Shown: piece after piece, positions 11,101-23,311 of the stretch
Position numbering within the stretch: the stretch's first letter is position 1
Layout: each line of letters starts with the position of its first letter
Origin: Cyanophora paradoxa CCMP329
Lineage: Eukaryota > Plantae > Glaucophyta
Assembly: GCA_004431415.1 (NCBI GenBank)
Contig: QPMI01000087.1
Coordinates: 13,253-77,252, forward strand
Direction of reading: 5' to 3'
DNA: 64,000 bases
Program-made: the position numbers and the translations under genes
The notes under the pieces: generated by a model
What the model was told of the DNA's origin: nothing
What the model saw: only the letters and a program-made list of their open reading frames with translations
The model's database searches: none

Positions 11101-13310
11101 CGCGCAGGAGGGCGAGGCGATCTCGATCGACGGCTCCACCGGCGAGGTCTTCTTCTGCGACCTCCCCACCAGGTGCCCCCACGCGCCTTCCCACCCCGGC
11201 CCCTCCCCGATCTTACTCCTCCCCGCGCAGCCCGTCGGAGGTGGTGCAGGTGCTCGTGGAGAAGACGCGCAGGCCGGAGGACTCGCTCGTGTACCAGCGC
11301 TTCGCCTCCATCATGGAGCTCGCCGACAAGTACGGCACCATGCAGGCAAGCTCTCTTTCTTCTTTTTGGTTCTTCCTCTTTAAGTTCTTACTCTTCTTCT
11401 CTCCTCTTTAGGTGCGGACGAACGCGGACACGCCGGCGGACGCGAAGGCGGCCCGCGCCTTTGGGGCCCAGGGCATCGGCCTCTGCCGGTCCGCCCCGCC
11501 CCGCCCCGCCCAATTCTATCGTCTAGACCAGTACCCCTTCCTTCCCCCCGCCTCTCCGCCCCGCCCCGCCCCCCGCCCCTCCGAAATCTATCGTCTAGAC
11601 CGGCACCCCTTCCTTCCCTCCGCCTCTCCGCCCCGCCCCGCCCCGCTTTGCTTTGACTCTAGATCTTGAACTTATCCTCTCCTTAGGACGGAGCACATGT
11701 TCATGGACCCGACCCGCCTCGCGGACGTGCGCCGCATGTTCTTCTCCACGGACGCCGCCTCCCGCACGGAGGCCATCTCCCGCCTCAAGAAGTACCAGAA
11801 GGCGGTGCGCCGGCCTTGCATATAATTAGATCTCACCTCGCCTTGGCTTTTCTAAGTCGTCTCCGCTTAGGACTTTGCGGCGATCTTCGAGGCGATGGAC
11901 GGCCTGCCCGTGACCGTCCGCCTCCTCGACCCCCCGCTCCACGAGGTACTCCCGATTCTATTTTTAGAAGCCTCCGCGTCCCTGAGCTGTATACCCCCCT
12001 CCGCAGTTCATCCCGCACTCGGAGGAGGAGCTGCGGGAGCTGTCGGGGGTACTGGGAACCAGCTTCGAGGAGCTCAAGGCGACCCGCGAGGGCCTGCTCG
12101 AGGCGAACCCGATGCTGGGGCACCGCGGCTGCCGCCTCGGAATCACCATCCCCGAGCTCACGTGCGCCTCTCTTCTTATCTTCCTTATCATCTTCTTCTT
12201 CTCTGATCTTAACTTCGTGCGCAGTGAGATGCAAGTGTCTGCGATCCTCGAGGCCGCCATCGAGTGCGAGGCCAAGGGCATCAAGGTCGCCGTCGAGATC
12301 AAGGTACCCCCCTTCCCTCCTCCTCTCTGCCCCCCTCCTCTCTAAGGCCGTCCGGCCAGGTGCCGCTGGTGACGACGCACCGGGAGCTTGAGCACCAGGC
12401 GAGCCTCATCCGCCGCACCGCCACCCGCGTCTTCGAGGAGACCGGCAAGACCGTCAAGTACAAGGTGAACCCGTACCCCCCTTCTTCTCTCCTCCTCCCT
12501 CCGCGCTCTTACCTCGGCGTTCGCGCGCGCCAGGTGGGGACCATGATCGAGCAGCCGCGCGCGGCTCTCACCGCCGAGATGATGGCCAAGCACGCCGAGT
12601 TCTTCAGGTACCCTGTACCCCCCTCTTCCTCCCCCGGCCCCCTCTCACGCCCGCCCGCCCGCCCCCTGCGCAGCTTCGGGACGAACGACCTGACGCAGAC
12701 GACGTTCGGGATCTCGCGGGACGACGCGGCCAAGTTCTTGACGCCCTACCTCGAGGGGGTACCCGACCCCGAGAGCCCCAGCGAGCTCATGTCCATGTGC
12801 GCCCCGCTCATATATATGACACCTGAGCGACCCGCGTGATCTGATCTGATGCAATCCCCGGGCAGCCTTAGCGCGGACCCCTTCCAGAAGCTGGACCAGG
12901 AGGGCGTGGGCGAGCTGATGCGCATCGCCGTCGAGAAGGGCCGCCGCACGCGCCCCGGCCTCAAGATCGGCATCTGCGGCGAGCACGGCGGCGAGCCCAG
13001 CTCCGTCCTCTTCTGCCAGTCCATCGGTCCGCCCTGAAAATCTCCTACCCCCCCTCCCCCCGCGTCTGAGCTTCGTCGTTCGCCCGCAGGCCTCGACTAC
13101 GTCTCGTGCTCGCCGTACCGCGTACCCCTGGCGCGCCTCGCGGCGGCGCAGGCGAGCCTGAACCAGGCCGTCGAGTCCCGCAACGTCACCTTCCCGGGCG
13201 CCAAGAGCTGGATGTGCGCTCCTTCGTTTTTGCCGTACCCCGCCCCGGGGGGGAGGGGGAGGGGGGGGAAGGAAGACCGAGAGCTGACCGGGGCGCGCGC
13301 GCGCAGGTAA
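8165..13310 (+). CDS. ppdK: Pyruvate, orthophosphate dikinase, plastid-targeted precursor (27 exons)
   Basis: Spliced protein carries the PPDK signatures [89 protein letters not shown] (regulatory Thr, catalytic His), [44 protein letters not shown] and [21 protein letters not shown]-terminal Ser/Ala/Arg-rich extension begins MAF. 26 introns, 2 of them GC-AG (10215, 11346). Final exon is G+TAA at 13307-13310. Confidence 0.97.
11490..11650 (+). repeat. ~73-bp tandem duplication inside a PPDK intron
   Basis: ctatcgtctagacc...ccccttccttccc...cgcctctccgccccgccccgcccc occurs twice in succession. Confidence 0.7.
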
Positions 13311-13589
13311 ACGGACGATTCAAAATCGATCGTCGTCAATCGAGCTGTACACTAGTCTCATTGTACTTTTCGTTTTCGATCTCACCATGAGTCCTTTAAT
13401 TTCGGGTGGAGTGGAGATCGCTGTCAACATCTTTTTGTGCAGTAATTATGAAGCTCTTTGTACATTGCAGTCTCTTAAAATTATGCGGTTTTGTGTGCCA
13501 AGATTATCAATATCTGATAGCTTACGTAGTCCGGCTGTACAAGTGTAGAGTCCCTTTGAATGTACAACAGCGTGTGCCAATTAAGACAT

Positions 13590-15400
13590 TCAACTGCAAT
13601 CTCTGAGCCTCCGAGGCTCGAAATTTGGCGGAGCGGGGGTTGGCAGGCACCAGCCCGCCCCGCTCCGGATCTCCTGCTCCCCGACCGAGAGGAAGCGCCC
13701 GTACCCCACCACGTGCTCCCGAAGGGGATGGGGCTCGGGCCGGGGGGCGGATAGGGGAGGGGATGGGAGGCGGGCCGGGGCGGGGGGAGCGGATGGGGGA
13801 TGGGGGGATGGGGGGGAGGGGGGAGGGGGGGATGGGCCGATGCGCCGTTCGATGCGCGAGTCGCCCGTGTCCGCCACGAGTGACATCATGTTCGAGACCG
13901 CGTTCGCCTCCTGGGGGGAGCGCGAGTCAGAGATGCGAGGGGGACGTCGGGCGGGGGGGGATGCCTCATGGTCGAAGTGGGACGAGCAGTACGACTGCGC
14001 GTACCCCGACTGGTGCTTCCGCACGCTGGCCAGAGAGGGCGGTCGGGTACAGCGACGGGGAGCGGAGGGGTACCGCACCAGTGGGAGAACAGCTGCGAGA
14101 CGCGGTACCCGATTTCCGCGTCGGCCTCGGCGCTGGAGAGGGGTACCGGTTCGCCCTCCGGTCCGGGCCAGCCCCGCCCCCTCGCACGTGCCTGCGGAGC
14201 GGGGGTTCAAGACTTGGAGGAAGGCGGCGGAGAGGGGGTACGGGGGCCGCGCCTGCCGAGCTCGGCGACCTCGTGGGGCTCGAGGGGGCGGAGGCGGCCC
14301 AGGAAGGCCCGTACCCGGGCCGTGCTCGAGATGAATGACAGCAGGACCTGGGGGGTACACGCTCGCCCCGCTTCGAGGGCGCGGGGCGGGCCCCTCACCT
14401 CGGGGATCGAAAGCCAGGTGGGCGATCTGGGCGGGGGGTACAACTCAAAATGGCGGCGGTGGGGCGGAAGGGCAGCGCTCGAGCGGCTCACTCGGGGTCG
14501 GGCATCAGCTGCGGCGAGGGGGGTACGTCAGTCGCGGCGGAGCGAGATGCAGTACCCGGCGCGCCCACCTGGGTATACGTGGCGAGGTCCGCGCAGACGG
14601 CGTCGACCGTGAGGTAGTCCCGCATGAGGGTGCACAGCTCGTCCGTGGCCTTCTGCGGGGGTACGGGCCTCGCCCGGGGGGCGCGGGGCGGGGGCGGGGG
14701 GTACGACACCGCGGTGAAGGCCTGGAGGTTCGCGAGCATCTGGTCCCGCGTGAGGCCGTCCTCGCGGGCCGGCGCCGCGGGGTCCATCTCCGCCAGCTCC
14801 TGCGCCGCCTCAGCGTCGCCCCGGGGGGGCGGGGTCCGGGGGCGGGGGGCGGGCGCGCCAGGCGGAGGGCTTCGGCCTCCTCGAGGGCCTCCTCGAGCGC
14901 CTCGCTCCGCTCCTCCAGCCGCCACTCGGCGACCGCCGCCCGCACCAGCGCCACGTCCCGCTCCAGCCGCCGGCACTCCTGCCCGCCGTACTCCCCGCAG
15001 ATCAAATCGTACGCCGAGTTCCACACGAGGCTGCCCTGCACCAGGTCGCTCTCGTCGCTGCCCGGCGGCGGCTCCGACGGCGGCTCCGACGGCGGCTCCA
15101 GCGGCTCCGCGCCGGCGAAGTTGTTCGACTGCGAAGACAGCCGCCGCGCGTGCGGCCGCCCCGCCGCCGGCGCGACGGAATTCGAACCCGCGGCCCGCTG
15201 CGCCGACGGCGCTTCGCTGCCTGATGGGAGAGCCCGCGCATGGGACGGCCTCCGCGCCGCGCGCTCATCGGGCTGCCTCAAGGGCGCGAGCTCCGCCGGT
15301 CGCCCGAGCGTCGCAGCCGCTGCTGGTCTGAGCGCTCGCGCCGCCTCGAGCTCGCCACGCAGCTGCAACCGATGCACCGAGCTCGCCACGCTTCCTGATA
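13590..15400 (-). CDS. Multi-exon hypothetical protein (start not resolved)
   Basis: Coding-like exons (SDLVQGSLVWNSAYDLICGEYGGQECRRLERDVALVRAAVAEW; ATDELCTLMRDYLTVDAVCADLATYTQ; VLLSFISSTARVRAFLGRLRPLEPHEVAEL; VRKHQSGYAQSYCSSHFDHE) bounded by GT/GC..AG. Converges on the PPDK 3' end. Confidence 0.55.
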
Positions 15401-15901
15401 TCGAGGCAGATGCATCGGCGTGCCAGGCACTGCCAGCTGTAGCTGCAGGCTGGTACAAGGCAGCGTCCCGGTCACGACCCCACCCGTGCGCATATACGCC
15501 GTGGACGCAGCAGACTAGGACGTGCACCCGTACCCCAAGGGGCGCTCACTTCGGCTCAACGAACGCGGGCACAACGGAGCGGACGGAGGATGAACTGAGA
15601 GTTTTCAGGCCGCCGTGGCGCCTGCCGCAGGTGCTAGCGCTTGGCGCCCCGGTACGGATGTGACCCTTCCTGCAATTACGAGGTGGTGCTGTACCCGTGC
15701 GCTACAACTGCTGCGGAAACTGCAAGAAGCAATCGTTTTGGCGAGAAGGAGGCTGGGCTCGGTTTGAGCAGTTTGATCAGGCACGCAGATCTAGATCACT
15801 CGCGTCCGATCAGTTTGATCACTTCCTAACGCAGAAGCCAGCGCTAGCGCGCGCCCACCCCAGCCCGTGCCTTCCAGCCCGGCCAGTTCTGCGCGGCGCA
15901 C

Positions 15902-17478
15902 ATGCCAGCAGTCGAGATGTCTGCGGCACAGCAATTCATGCCGGAGGCATCGTCCTCGTCTTCTTCTTCTTCGCGGCCAAGGCTACAGCCCGCGGCACTT
16001 GTTTCGGCAGCTGCGGAGGACGACGCGCAGCTGCCCACCTCGCGGGAACTTGATGCCGACCCGGAGCTGGCCGATCCGCGGGCGGAGCTTCGGCGTTTGG
16101 GCATCACGGGGCCCGGAAAGGACATCAAGAAGGCCGGCGACGGATCGTGCGCCCGCGCCCGCCCCGCACCCGCGGAGTTTCCCGACCTTACCGCAGTGCG
16201 CGCAGCACCCATGTCTCGGCCGTGGACAACGTTCCCGGACTGCCGGGGACGTACGCAGCGCCTCCCTCGGGGCGGGACTGGCGCTGGGCGGTGCCGGAGG
16301 AGAAGCCGGCGCGGCCGGAGGTTTTCGACGACGAGTGCGAGCTGCCGGCCGGCAGCCTTCCCTACATCGAGCGGCGGCCGATCCCGACGCCGGCGGAGGC
16401 GGCCAGCTCGTCCGCATCGTCGCGCCGCGACTCGCTCGTCCCGCACAAGAAGTCCCTAAAGGGCGCCCTCCAGGTCGGCCCGGCCGCCCGCCTCGATCCC
16501 GACCATCGAATTTCATCGCTGACGTCCTCTGCCCCTCCTCTCAGTCCATGTCCACGAACATTGCGGCGCCGCTGAAGCTGGAGGACCGGTGGGCGTCCGC
16601 CAAGCAGCTCGCCACGCCCCGCGGCCTCCTCGGCCTCGCCAAGCGCCACAAGTTCACCATCGCCGCCACGATCTTCTACGGTGCGACGATCTTAAACCCG
16701 CGGATCGGAGCGCCCGCGCCCGCCCGCGTCGCGATCGCTCACGAACAGCCGCGCAGCTATCTTCTTCGGCACGCTCGCGAACACGATCTGGAAGGACAAG
16801 CTCGGCTTCAAGGGCCACATCATGCTCGTCATCCTGTGCGTACTCTTTACGCTCTGGCCGGGCCTGCGCGGGCCTGACCTTCGAATTCTCCGCCTCCGCC
16901 AGGTACTTCCTGATGTTCGCGCTCATCAAGGACTTCTCGGCGGGCCTGGCGTTCCTCGGCGCCCTCACCGCCTGCCTCATGTTCGACGTCGTCTCCCAGG
17001 CCGACGCCCTCGCCGGCTTCTCCAACGCTGGCGTCTTCCAGGCTCGCCCGCCCGCCCGCCCGCGAGATTTGATCCGCGGATCGAATTCGAATCGAGTCTG
17101 AACCCTGCCGCGCAGGTCGGAGTTCTGTACATCATCGCGGCCGGCATTGAGGAGACCGGAGCCCTCGACTACGCCCTCCGCCGGTGCGCCCCCCTTCCTT
17201 ACTTTGCCGCCGCTCTTCCGCCCGCCCCGCCCGCCTCGCCCTGACCGCGGCTCTCCCGCCCGCCCGCCCGTGCGCAGCGTGCTGGGGACGCCCAAGTCGA
17301 AGTCGAACGCCATCTTCCGCATCTCCGCCTCCTGCATCTTCCTCTCTACCTTCCTCAACAACACGCCCATCGGTGCGGGCGGCTGGCGCCCCCGTCCTTG
17401 AGAATTCCAGCGCCGGCCGCGGCTGACCGGTGCCCGTCGCGTCGCCCGATTCTCCTTCGCCCCACCAGTCGCCATGAT
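15902..17478 (+). pseudogene. 5' half of the SLC13/SLT transporter gene, cut off by the duplication junction
   Basis: Intact exons up to ...[11 protein letters not shown]|VAM, after which the sequence jumps at 17508 back into the PPDK intron-9 acceptor. Confidence 0.75.
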
Positions 17479-17508
17479 GTGAGCTCGGTCTCGATTCTCG
17501 GGTCTCCT

Positions 17509-20500
17509 CCCGCAGCTCCGGCGAGGACTCGTTCTACGGCGAGTTCCTCGTCAACGCCCAGGGCGAGGACGTCGTCGCCGGCATCCGTACCCCCCTCCCC
17601 ATCAACAAGAAGCAGGCCCAGGAGACGGGCCGCACGGGGCAGCCGACGCTCGAGGAGGTCATGCCCGAGGCGAGCCGTACCCCTCCCCCCCCTTCCGCCT
17701 GGTGCCCCCCCTAACGGGGCCGGGCCACAGGTCTACCAGCAGCTCATTGATACCGGCAAGACTCTCGAGAAGCACTACGGCGACATGCAGGTACCCCCCT
17801 TCTCCCGCCCGTTGTCGTTCGCGCACCCCCGTCCGACCGAGTGCCGGTACCCCCAGGACCTCGAGTTCACGATCGAGAACGGGCGCCTGTACATGCTCCA
17901 GACGCGCTCCGGCAAGCGTACCGGCATGGCCGCCGTCACGTGCGCCCCTTTACCCCCCCTCACCGAATCCGCCCAGCCGATCTGAGCCGGGCGCAGGATC
18001 GCGGCGGACATGCTGAAGGAGGGGGCCATGAGCGAGACGGCGGCGCTGAAGAACGTGCAGCCGGAGCAGCTCTCGCAGCTCCTCGCCCCCGTCTTCGACC
18101 AGAAGGCCAAGGACGCAGCCAAGGAGAAGCGCGCCGCGAAGGGATTCAACGCGGGGCCCGGCGCCGCCTCGGGCCTCCTGGTCCTCTCCACCGAGAAGGC
18201 CGTCCAGTGGGCCGCCGAGGGCAAGAAGGTCGGCCTGTGCAGATCTAAGCTTGATTTCTTGTCCTTATCTTCTCCGGATCCTTAGGTGGTTCTGGTGCGC
18301 GAGGAGACGAGCCCGGACGACTACCCCGGCATGGTGGTGCGCAGGGCGTCCTCACCGCCCGCGGCGGCTCGACGAGCCACGCCGCCGTCGTCGCCCGCGC
18401 ATGGGCAAGCCCTGCGTCGTCGGCTGCAGCTCGCTGCACGTCGACGAGGAGAAGGGCGTCGTCGCTGCCGGCGGCATGTCCATCAAGGTCTGTGCCTATT
18501 TCTTACTTTCTGCTCTCATATTATTTCTTATAGAAGCGCTGACGCCGCCCTCCGCCGCGCAGGAGGGCGAGGCGATCTCGATCGACGGCTCCACCGGCGA
18601 GTCTTCTTCTGCGACCTCCCCACCAGGTGCCCCACGCGCCTTCCACCCCGGCCCCTCCCGATCTTACTCCTCCCGCGCAGCCCGTCGGAGGTGGTGCAGG
18701 TGCTCGTGGAGAAGACGCGCAGGCCGGAGGACTCGCTCGTGTACCAGCGCTTCGCCTCCATCATGGAGCTCGCCGACAAGTACGGCACCATGCAGGCAAG
18801 CTCTCTTTCTTCTTTTGGTTCTTCCTCTTTAAGTTCTTACTCTTCTTCTCTCCTCTTTAGGTGCGGACGAACGCGGACACGCCGGCGGACGCGAAGGCGC
18901 CCGCGCCTTTGGGCCAGGGCATCGGCCTCTGCCGGTCCGCCCCGCCCCGCCCGCCCAATTCTATCGTCTAGACCAGTACCCTTCCTTCCCCCGCCTCTCC
19001 GCCCCGCCCCGCCCCCGCCCCTCCGAAATCTATCGTCTAGACCGGCACCCCTTCCTTCCCTCCGCCTCTCCGCCCCGCCCCGCCCCGCTTTGCTTTGACT
19101 CTAGATCTTGAACTTATCCTCTCCTTAGGACGGAGCACATGTTCATGGACCCGACCCGCCTCGCGGACGTGCGCCGCATGTTCTTCTCCACGGACGCCGC
19201 CTCCCGCACGGAGGCCATCTCCCGCCTCAAGAAGTACCAGAAGGCGGTGCGCCGGCCTTGCATATAATTAGATCTCACCTCGCCTTGGCTTTTCTAAGTC
19301 GTCTCCGCTTAGGACTTTGCGGCGATCTTCGAGGCGATGGACGGCCTGCCCGTGACCGTCCGCCTCCTCGACCCCCCGCTCCACGAGGTACTCCCGATTC
19401 TATTTTTAGAAGCCTCCGCGTCCCTGAGCTGTATACCCCCCTCCGCAGTTCATCCCGCACTCGGAGGAGGAGCTGCGGGAGCTGTCGGGGGTACTGGGAA
19501 CCAGCTTCGAGGAGCTCAAGGCGACCCGCGAGGGCCTGCTCGAGGCGAACCCGATGCTGGGGCACCGCGGCTGCCGCCTCGGAATCACCATCCCCGAGCT
19601 CACGTGCGCCTCTCTTCTTATCTTCCTTATCATCTTCTTCTTCTCTGATCTTAACTTCGTGCGCAGTGAGATGCAAGTGTCTGCGATCCTCGAGGCCGCC
19701 ATCGAGTGCGAGGCCAAGGGCATCAAGGTCGCCGTCGAGATCAAGGTACCCCCCTTCCCTCCTCCTCTCTGCCCCCCTCCTCTCTAAGGCCGTCCGCCAG
19801 GTGCCGCTGGTGACGACGCACCGGAGCTTGAGCACCAGGCGAGCCTCATCCGCCGCACCGCCACCCGCGTCTTCGAGGAGACCGGCAAGACCGTCAAGTA
19901 CAAGGTGAACCCGTACCCCCTTCTTCTCTCCTCCTCCCTCCGCGCTCTTACCTCGGCGTTCGCGCGCGCCAGGTGGGACCATGATCGAGCAGCCGCGCGC
20001 GGCTCTCACCGCCGAGATGATGGCCAAGCACGCCGAGTTCTTCAGGTACCCTGTACCCCCTCTTCCTCCCCGGCCCCTCTCACGCCCGCCCGCCCGCCCC
20101 TGCGCAGCTTCGGACGAACGACCTGACGCAGACGACGTTCGGATCTCGCGGACGACGCGGCCAAGTTCTTGACGCCCTACCTCGAGGGGTACCCGACCCG
20201 AGAGCCCCAGCGAGCTCATGTCCATGTGCGCCCCGCTCATATATATGACACCTGAGCGACCCGCGTGATCTGATCTGATGCAATCCCCGGGCAGCCTTAG
20301 CGCGGACCCCTTCCAGAAGCTGGACCAGGAGGGCGTGGCGAGCTGATGCGCATCGCCGTCGAGAAGGGCCGCCGCACGCGCCCCGGCCTCAAGATCGGCA
20401 TCTGCGGCGAGCACGGCGGCGAGCCCAGCTCCGTCCTCTTCTGCCAGTCCATCGGTCCGCCCTGAAAATCTCCTACCCCCCCTCCCCCCGCGTCTGAGCT

Positions 20501-20738
20501 TCGTCGTTCGCCCGCAGGCCTCGACTACGTCTCGTGCTCGCCGTACCGCGTACCCCTGGCGCGCCTCGCGGCGGCGCAGGCGAGCCTGAACCAGGCCGTC
20601 GAGTCCCGCAACGTCACCTTCCCGGGCGCCAAGAGCTGGATGTGCGCTCCTTCGTTTTTGCCGTACCCCGCCCCGGGGGGGAGGGGGAGGGGGGGGAAGG
20701 AAGACCGAGAGCTGACCGGGGCGCGCGCGCGCAGGTAA
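17509..20738 (+). pseudogene. ppdK: Frameshifted 3' partial copy of PPDK (copy B)
   Basis: Same exons as 10061-13310 with multiple 1-bp deletions, e.g. gtggtgcgcagg at ~18335 vs gtggtggcgcagg at ~10878. Confidence 0.85.
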
Positions 20739-21016
20739 ACGGACGATTCAAAATCGATCGTCGTCAATCGAGCTGTACACTAGTCTCATTGTACTTTTCG
20801 TTTTCGATCTCACCATGAGTCCTTTAATTTCGGTGGAGTGGAGATCGCTGTCAACATCTTTTTGTGCAGTAATTATGAAGCTCTTTGTACATTGCAGTCT
20901 CTTAAAATTATGCGGTTTTGTGTGCCAAGATTATCAATATCTGATAGCTTACGTAGTCCGGCTGTACAAGTGTAGAGTCCCTTTGAATGTACAACAGCGT
21001 GTGCCAATTAAGACAT

Positions 21017-22800
21017 TCAACTGCAATCTCTGAGCCTCCGAGGCTCGAAATTTGGCGGAGCGGGGTTGGCAGGCACCAGCCCGCCCCGCTCCGGATCTCC
21101 TGCTCCCGACCGAGAGGAAGCGCCCGTACCCCACCACGTGCTCCCGAAGGGATGGGGCTCGGGCCGGGGGCGGATAGGGGAGGGATGGGAGGCGGGCCGG
21201 GGCGGGGGAGCGGATGGGGATGGGGGATGGGGGAGGGGGAGGGGGATGGGCCGATGCGCCGTTCGATGCGCGAGTCGCCCGTGTCCGCCACGAGTGACAT
21301 CATGTTCGAGACCGCGTTCGCCTCCTGGGGGGAGCGCGAGTCAGAGATGCGAGGGGGACGTCGGGCGGGGGGGGATGCCTCATGGTCGAAGTGGGACGAG
21401 CAGTACGACTGCGCGTACCCCGACTGGTGCTTCCGCACGCTGGCCAGAGAGGGCGGTCGGGTACAGCGACGGGGAGCGGAGGGGTACCGCACCAGTGGGA
21501 GAACAGCTGCGAGACGCGGTACCCGATTTCCGCGTCGGCCTCGGCGCTGGAGAGGGGTACCGGTTCGCCCTCCGGTCCGGGCCAGCCCCGCCCCCTCGCA
21601 CGTGCCTGCGGAGCGGGGGTTCAAGACTTGGAGGAAGGCGGCGGAGAGGGGTACGGGGCCGCGCCTGCCGAGCTCGGCGACCTCGTGGGGCTCGAGGGGG
21701 CGGAGGCGGCCCAGGAAGGCCCGTACCCGGGCCGTGCTCGAGATGAATGACAGCAGGACCTGGGGGTACACGCTCGCCCCGCTTCGAGGGCGCGGGGCGG
21801 GCCCCTCACCTCGGGGATCGAAAGCCAGGTGGGCGATCTGGGCGGGGGGTACAACTCAAAATGGCGGCGGTGGGGCGGAAGGGCAGCGCTCGAGCGGCTC
21901 ACTCGGGGTCGGGCATCAGCTGCGGCGAGGGGGGTACGTCAGTCGCGGCGGAGCGAGATGCAGTACCCGGCGCGCCCACCTGGGTATACGTGGCGAGGTC
22001 CGCGCAGACGGCGTCGACCGTGAGGTAGTCCCGCATGAGGGTGCACAGCTCGTCCGTGGCCTTCTGCGGGGGTACGGGCCTCGCCCGGGGGGCGCGGGGC
22101 GGGGGCGGGGGGTACGACACCGCGGTGAAGGCCTGGAGGTTCGCGAGCATCTGGTCCCGCGTGAGGCCGTCCTCGCGGGCCGGCGCCGCGGGGTCCATCT
22201 CCGCCAGCTCCTGCGCCGCCTCAGCGTCGCCCCGGGGGGGCGGGGTCCGGGGGCGGGGGGCGGGCGCGCCAGGCGGAGGGCTTCGGCCTCCTCGAGGGCC
22301 TCCTCGAGCGCCTCGCTCCGCTCCTCCAGCCGCCACTCGGCGACCGCCGCCCGCACCAGCGCCACGTCCCGCTCCAGCCGCCGGCACTCCTGCCCGCCGT
22401 ACTCCCGCAGATCAAATCGTACGCCGAGTTCCACACGAGGCTGCCCTGCACCAGGTCGCTCTCGTCGCTGCCCGGCGGCGGCTCCGACGGCGGCTCCGAC
22501 GGCGGCTCCAGCGGCTCCGCGCCGGCGAAGTTGTTCGACTGCGAAGACAGCCGCCGCGCGTGCGGCCGCCCCGCCGCCGGCGCGACGGAATTCGAACCCG
22601 CGGCCCGCTGCGCCGACGGCGCTTCGCTGCCTGATGGGAGAGCCCGCGCATGGGACGGCCTCCGCGCCGCGCGCTCATCGGGCTGCCTCAAGGGCGCGAG
22701 CTCCGCCGGTCGCCCGAGCGTCGCAGCCGCTGCTGGTCTGAGCGCTCGCGCCGCCTCGAGCTCGCCACGCAGCTGCAACCGATGCACCGAGCTCGCCACG
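21017..22800 (-). pseudogene. Copy B of the 13.6-15.4 kb hypothetical gene, with frameshifting deletions
   Basis: Near-identical to 13590-15400 apart from 1-bp indels (e.g. actcccgcag at 22401 vs actccccgcag at ~14990). Confidence 0.7.
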
Positions 22801-23311
22801 CTTCCTGATATCGAGGCAGATGCATCGGCGTGCCAGGCACTGCCAGCTGTAGCTGCAGGCTGGTACAAGGCAGCGTCCCGGTCACGACCCCACCCGTGCG
22901 CATATACGCCGTGGACGCAGCAGACTAGGACGTGCACCCGTACCCCCAAGGGGCGCTCACTTCGGCTCAACGAACGCGGGCACAACGGAGCGGACGGAGG
23001 ATGAACTGAGAGTTTTCAGGCCGCCGTGGCGCCTGCCGCAGGTGCTAGCGCTTGGCGCCCCGGTACGGATGTGACCCTTCCTGCAATTACGAGGTGGTGC
23101 TGTACCCGTGCGCTACAACTGCTGCGGAAACTGCAAGAAGCAATCGTTTTGGCGAGAAGGAGGCTGGGCTCGGTTTGAGCAGTTTGATCAGGCACGCAGA
23201 TCTAGATCACTCGCGTCCGATCAGTTTGATCACTTCCTAACGCAGAAGCCAGCGCTAGCGCGCGCCCACCCAGCCCGTGCCTTCCAGCCCGGCCAGTTCT
23301 GCGCGGCGCAC

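Noticed and set aside
8271-13306. Introner-like (transposon-derived, near-identical) introns
   Set aside because: Introns share only short motifs, not full-length similarity, apart from copies produced by the segmental duplications.
13900-14680. RbcX-like similarity in the hypothetical gene (YLTVDAV; LRPLEPHEVAEL; SYCSSHFD)
   Set aside because: The most RbcX-like stretch (AAFLQVL) falls in an intron when splice phases are respected, and the remaining similarity is too weak without a profile search.
17509-20738. A second functional PPDK gene
   Set aside because: It lacks the first nine exons and has many frameshifts typical of consensus error.
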